Source: Flavobacterium sp. (lineage in GTDB: Bacteria; Bacteroidota; Bacteroidia; Flavobacteriales; Flavobacteriaceae). Taken from it: a stretch of 51,950 nucleotides of DNA. A model generated the notes under the pieces. That model worked only from the letters and a program-made list of their open reading frames with translations. It did not search any database and had not been told where the DNA came from. The DNA lies in NCBI GenBank assembly GCA_035433125.1, contig DAORUG010000002.1:1-51950 (forward strand), written 5' to 3'. Shown piece after piece: positions 48,599-51,950 of the stretch (within the stretch, counting starts at the first letter, position 1; each line of letters begins with the position of its first letter). The position numbers were made by a program, and so were the translations under genes.

Positions 48599-48722
48599 TT
48601 TGTGAGTTGTCTACTGGATTAATTTTAATTTTTTTAGATTTTCACACAAAACCCAGTAGAACCGAAATAATTAATATTTATTATCCAAAAATCTAGTTTA
48701 CCTTTGCCTCAAATTTTAGAAC

Positions 48723-49454
48723 ATGTCAAAAAATATTACACCCTATAAAGATTCTACTTTAAGCAAAAAGGAACAAGTTGCCTCAATGTTTGATACTATA
48801 TCAGGCAATTACGATAATCTCAATCGGGTAATTTCTTTTGGAATTGACGTGAAATGGCGCAAAAAAGTGTTGAAAATGGTAGCCGATACTAATCCAAAAA
48901 CCATTTTGGACATCGCAACAGGAACAGGAGATTTGGCAATTTTGATGGCGCAAACTAAGGCCGAAAAAATTGTAGGACTGGATATTTCGGCAGGAATGCT
49001 CGAAGTGGGGAAGCAAAAAATTCTAGATAAAAACTTATCTCAACGAATCGAAATGGTTTTGGCTGATTCTGAAAATATGCCTTTTGAAGACCACTATTTT
49101 GATGCTATTACGGTAGCTTTTGGCGTTAGGAATTTCGAAAATTTAGAAAAAGGATTGGCTGAAATTTTAAGGGTTTTAAAACCCAATGGCCTATTTGTTA
49201 TCCTCGAAACTTCGATTCCAGAAAAAACACCATACAAACAAGGCTATACTTTTTATAGTAAAAATATACTTCCAATCATTGGAAAATTGTTTTCAAAAGA
49301 CGATGCAGCTTACGGTTATTTATCAGAATCGGCGGCGGCTTTTCCTTATGGGGAAGCTTTGAACAATATTTTGAAAAAAATTGGGTTTATAGATGTAGTT
49401 GCTTTGCCGCAAACATTTGGCGTGGCTACAATTTATTCAGCTTCCAAAAAATAA
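48723..49454 (+). CDS. ubiE: Demethylmenaquinone methyltransferase (UbiE/MenG)
   Basis: [37 protein letters not shown]; TACCTTTG box at 48699-48706. Confidence 0.96.
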   Translation: MSKNITPYKDSTLSKKEQVASMFDTISGNYDNLNRVISFGIDVKWRKKVLKMVADTNPKTILDIATGTGDLAILMAQTKAEKIVGLDISAGMLEVGKQKILDKNLSQRIEMVLADSENMPFEDHYFDAITVAFGVRNFENLEKGLAEILRVLKPNGLFVILETSIPEKTPYKQGYTFYSKNILPIIGKLFSKDDAAYGYLSESAAAFPYGEALNNILKKIGFIDVVALPQTFGVATIYSASKK

Positions 49455-49455
49455 T

Positions 49456-50175
49456 ATGAGAAAAATAGTTGTTATACTTTTATTAGCCATTACTTCAAAA
49501 GGATTTGCACAAAATCCAAATAAGCTTTTTGGCAAAGACCCAATTATAAATCTAGAAAATTTTCAACAACAAACATTATATTTTGGATTTTATTTAGGCT
49601 TTAATGCCTATGATTTCAAAATAGATTATAAAACGGTTGGCGAAGACATTCAAGTTAAAACAAGCACGGGTTTCGATGTGGGTCTTATCGCTGATTTGAG
49701 ACTTCATGAACATGTCAATTTGAGGTTTGAACCTGGGTTGTATTATACGAAAAGAGATTTGCAATATCCTGAAAGTTATTTTCCAACAACACCTTCGTAT
49801 TCAGATAAATTAAGAGAAGTCAACAGTACAAATCTTCATTTTCCGCTGTTACTTAAATTTTCCTCGCTTAGAACAGGAAATGTCAGACCTTATTTATTGG
49901 GTGGTGTTTCGGCAACTTTAAACCTTTCTAGCAATGCCAAATCGATAGACGATAATTATGAAGACAGTTTTAGAGTACAATCTTGGACAACTAATTATGA
50001 GTTGGGTTTTGGTATCGATATTTTTTCGGAATACTTCATTTTTTCGCCTTCAATTAGAGGTGTTTTTGGACTAAACGACGAATTAATTCGTGATAATAAT
50101 CCTGACAGTCCTTGGACTGGCAATATTGAATCTATGAAAACGCGAGCAGTTTTTATTAATTTTTCTTTCCACTAA
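49456..50175 (+). CDS. porT: T9SS outer-membrane protein PorT/SprT
   Basis: Signal peptide from ATG 49456, FGFYLG, LRFEPG, FPLLLK, FIFSPSIRG; position between ubiE and a trmH-family gene. Confidence 0.85.
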   Translation: MRKIVVILLLAITSKGFAQNPNKLFGKDPIINLENFQQQTLYFGFYLGFNAYDFKIDYKTVGEDIQVKTSTGFDVGLIADLRLHEHVNLRFEPGLYYTKRDLQYPESYFPTTPSYSDKLREVNSTNLHFPLLLKFSSLRTGNVRPYLLGGVSATLNLSSNAKSIDDNYEDSFRVQSWTTNYELGFGIDIFSEYFIFSPSIRGVFGLNDELIRDNNPDSPWTGNIESMKTRAVFINFSFH

Positions 50176-50229
50176 TAGAAAGTGGTCAGAAATTTAGTTT
50201 TCAGTTAAAGAAAAAACGAATCACAAAAA

Positions 50230-50955
50230 TCATCCTCGGCGAAATTCACTCAAAATAACAGCAGTGGCAGTGGCCACATTCAAACTTTCGGTTTTTTGTA
50301 GTGTTCCGAAACGAGGAATTGTAAGTCTATTTTTTATTAATTTTTCTATTTCTGGTGAAATTCCATTGGCTTCATTGCCCATAATAATGATTCCTTCATG
50401 AGGCAAATCAGTTTTATAAATATTGGTTCCATCCATAAAAGTTCCGAAAACGGGTAATTGGGTTTGGCTGATAAAAGTTTCTAAATCAATATAATTTACA
50501 TTGACTCTGGCAATCGAACCCATTGTGGCTTGAACCACTTTTGGATTGTAAATATCAACCGTTTCTTTGGAACAAATTAATTGACCAATGCCAAACCAGT
50601 CACACAATCGCAAAATGGTTCCTAGATTGCCCGGATCACGAATAGAATCGAGTGCTAGAATTAATCCGGATTCTATTATTTTTTTTTCGTTTGGGATTTT
50701 AAACACTGCTAAACAAGTATTAGGCGTTGCCAATGCGGTGATTTTTTTCAATTCATGTTCGTCTAAAAGTACTTTTTTATCATTCGAAACTTCATCAAAA
50801 TCGTTTTGTGTGGTGTACAAATGAACCAATTCGAAATTGGATGCCAATAATTCTTGAATCCCTTTTATCCCTTCGGCAAAAAACAATTGATGGGCAAATC
50901 GCTGTTTTTTTTGTTGCAAACTCGTAATTAGCTTTATTTGGTTTTTACTAAGCAT
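50230..50955 (-). CDS. SpoU/TrmH family RNA 2'-O-methyltransferase
   Basis: IRDPGNLGTILR, MGNEANGIS, ESLNVA. Confidence 0.95.
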   Translation of the reverse strand: MLSKNQIKLITSLQQKKQRFAHQLFFAEGIKGIQELLASNFELVHLYTTQNDFDEVSNDKKVLLDEHELKKITALATPNTCLAVFKIPNEKKIIESGLILALDSIRDPGNLGTILRLCDWFGIGQLICSKETVDIYNPKVVQATMGSIARVNVNYIDLETFISQTQLPVFGTFMDGTNIYKTDLPHEGIIIMGNEANGISPEIEKLIKNRLTIPRFGTLQKTESLNVATATAVILSEFRRG

Positions 50956-50992
50956 AAAATAATGTACTTTTGAATTAAATATCTCTCAGCAT

Positions 50993-51950
50993 TTGAAAAA
51001 GATTAGCACAAAAATAGCAACATTTATTGTAATTGGAATAATTATCTCGGCTTGTGATGCCGAAAAACGAGTTCCAAACGGCAAGCAACGTCTAACTAAA
51101 AATGAAATTTTAGTAAATGGCAAAGCCTCAAAGAGCGAAGATATTACCAATCAATTGTATCAAAAACCCAATTCAACGTTTCTTGGGTATAAATTGCGAT
51201 TGAATTTATTTAACCTTGCGACCCCAAATCCAGATTCTGTTTATCAAGCTAAATTTACAAATCACCCCGGAAAATACGAACGAATGTCTAAATGGTTATC
51301 GGCAAAACAAGTCGATCGTTTGGGGCAATCTTTTTGGTATCAAGGAATCGATAATTTTTTAAAGAAAACAGGCGAACCTCCAGTTATTGTTGATACAGTA
51401 AGAACTAGCAAATCTATTTCGAAAATTGAATACTATTATTTTAATAAAGGTTTTTTTAATGTCAAAGCAAACTACAAATTGGATAGTCTCAGTGCCAAAA
51501 AAGCTAAAATAAAATATACTATTACAACCAGTACTCCTTTTTCGATAGATACATTAACAACTAAAATCCAAACACCTGCTCTTGATTCATTATATCAAAC
51601 AAGGATTTCCAATTCTTTTATAAAATCAGGAAAACAATATAATACCAAAGATTTTGAGGATGAAAAAGAACGAATTACTACACATTTCAGAAATCAAGGA
51701 GTGTATAATTTTCAGCCTAATTATGTGACTTTCGATTTAGATACCCTAAACAATAACAAAAAAGTAAATGTCAATTTAATTATCAACGATTATTCCTTTC
51801 AAGATAAAGACAGCACAAAAACGGAGCCTTTCAAGATATTCAAAATAAGCGATGTAAACATTTATACCGATTATTCAGCTACTGATAATAGCAATGTTTT
51901 TGCTGATAGTACAACCTATAATAATTTCAATTTGTACAGTCACTCCAGGT
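50993..51950 (+). CDS. tamL: Omp85-family lipoprotein TamL, 3'-truncated by window edge (absent from the ORF track)
   Basis: TTG start; MKKISTKIATFIVIGIIISAC lipobox; QKPN, GEPPVI, YFNKGFF and FRNQGVY POTRA-like motifs; TACTTTTG box at 50965-50972. Confidence 0.8.
   Translation, partial: MKKISTKIATFIVIGIIISACDAEKRVPNGKQRLTKNEILVNGKASKSEDITNQLYQKPNSTFLGYKLRLNLFNLATPNPDSVYQAKFTNHPGKYERMSKWLSAKQVDRLGQSFWYQGIDNFLKKTGEPPVIVDTVRTSKSISKIEYYYFNKGFFNVKANYKLDSLSAKKAKIKYTITTSTPFSIDTLTTKIQTPALDSLYQTRISNSFIKSGKQYNTKDFEDEKERITTHFRNQGVYNFQPNYVTFDLDTLNNNKKVNVNLIINDYSFQDKDSTKTEPFKIFKISDVNIYTDYSATDNSNVFADSTTYNNFNLYSHSR

Overview
Chromosomal window from an AT-rich Bacteroidota genome, most likely Flavobacterium (T9SS cargo and PorT, TamL, GLPGLI protein, many TAnnTTTG -7 promoter boxes). 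The backbone is housekeeping and envelope genes: POT transporter, thioredoxin, comEC, lpxB, surE, tail-specific protease, NucA-like nuclease, mreBCD-mrdA-rodA, purH, deoxynucleoside kinase, membrane and soluble pyrophosphatases, alkA-like glycosylase, pdhB, etfBA, thyA, folA, menG/ubiE, porT, trmH-family methylase and tamL. It carries several small accessory inserts: a 1926-aa T9SS repeat protein, higBA, two AT-rich orphans, and a 3-gene module. The most notable item is that module (35326-37775): a membrane-anchored regulator with an OmpR-type wHTH but no receiver domain, divergent from doxX and a WD40 protein, with 11-bp-period boxes between them. It is bracketed by the intact alkA-like gene and an unannotated, decayed second copy of that gene's 3' end. 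mrdA has a 1-bp frameshift. Intergenic regions hold several different palindromic or tandem repeat types. No rRNA, tRNA, CRISPR array, integrase or transposase was seen. All calls are by eye; no database searches were run.
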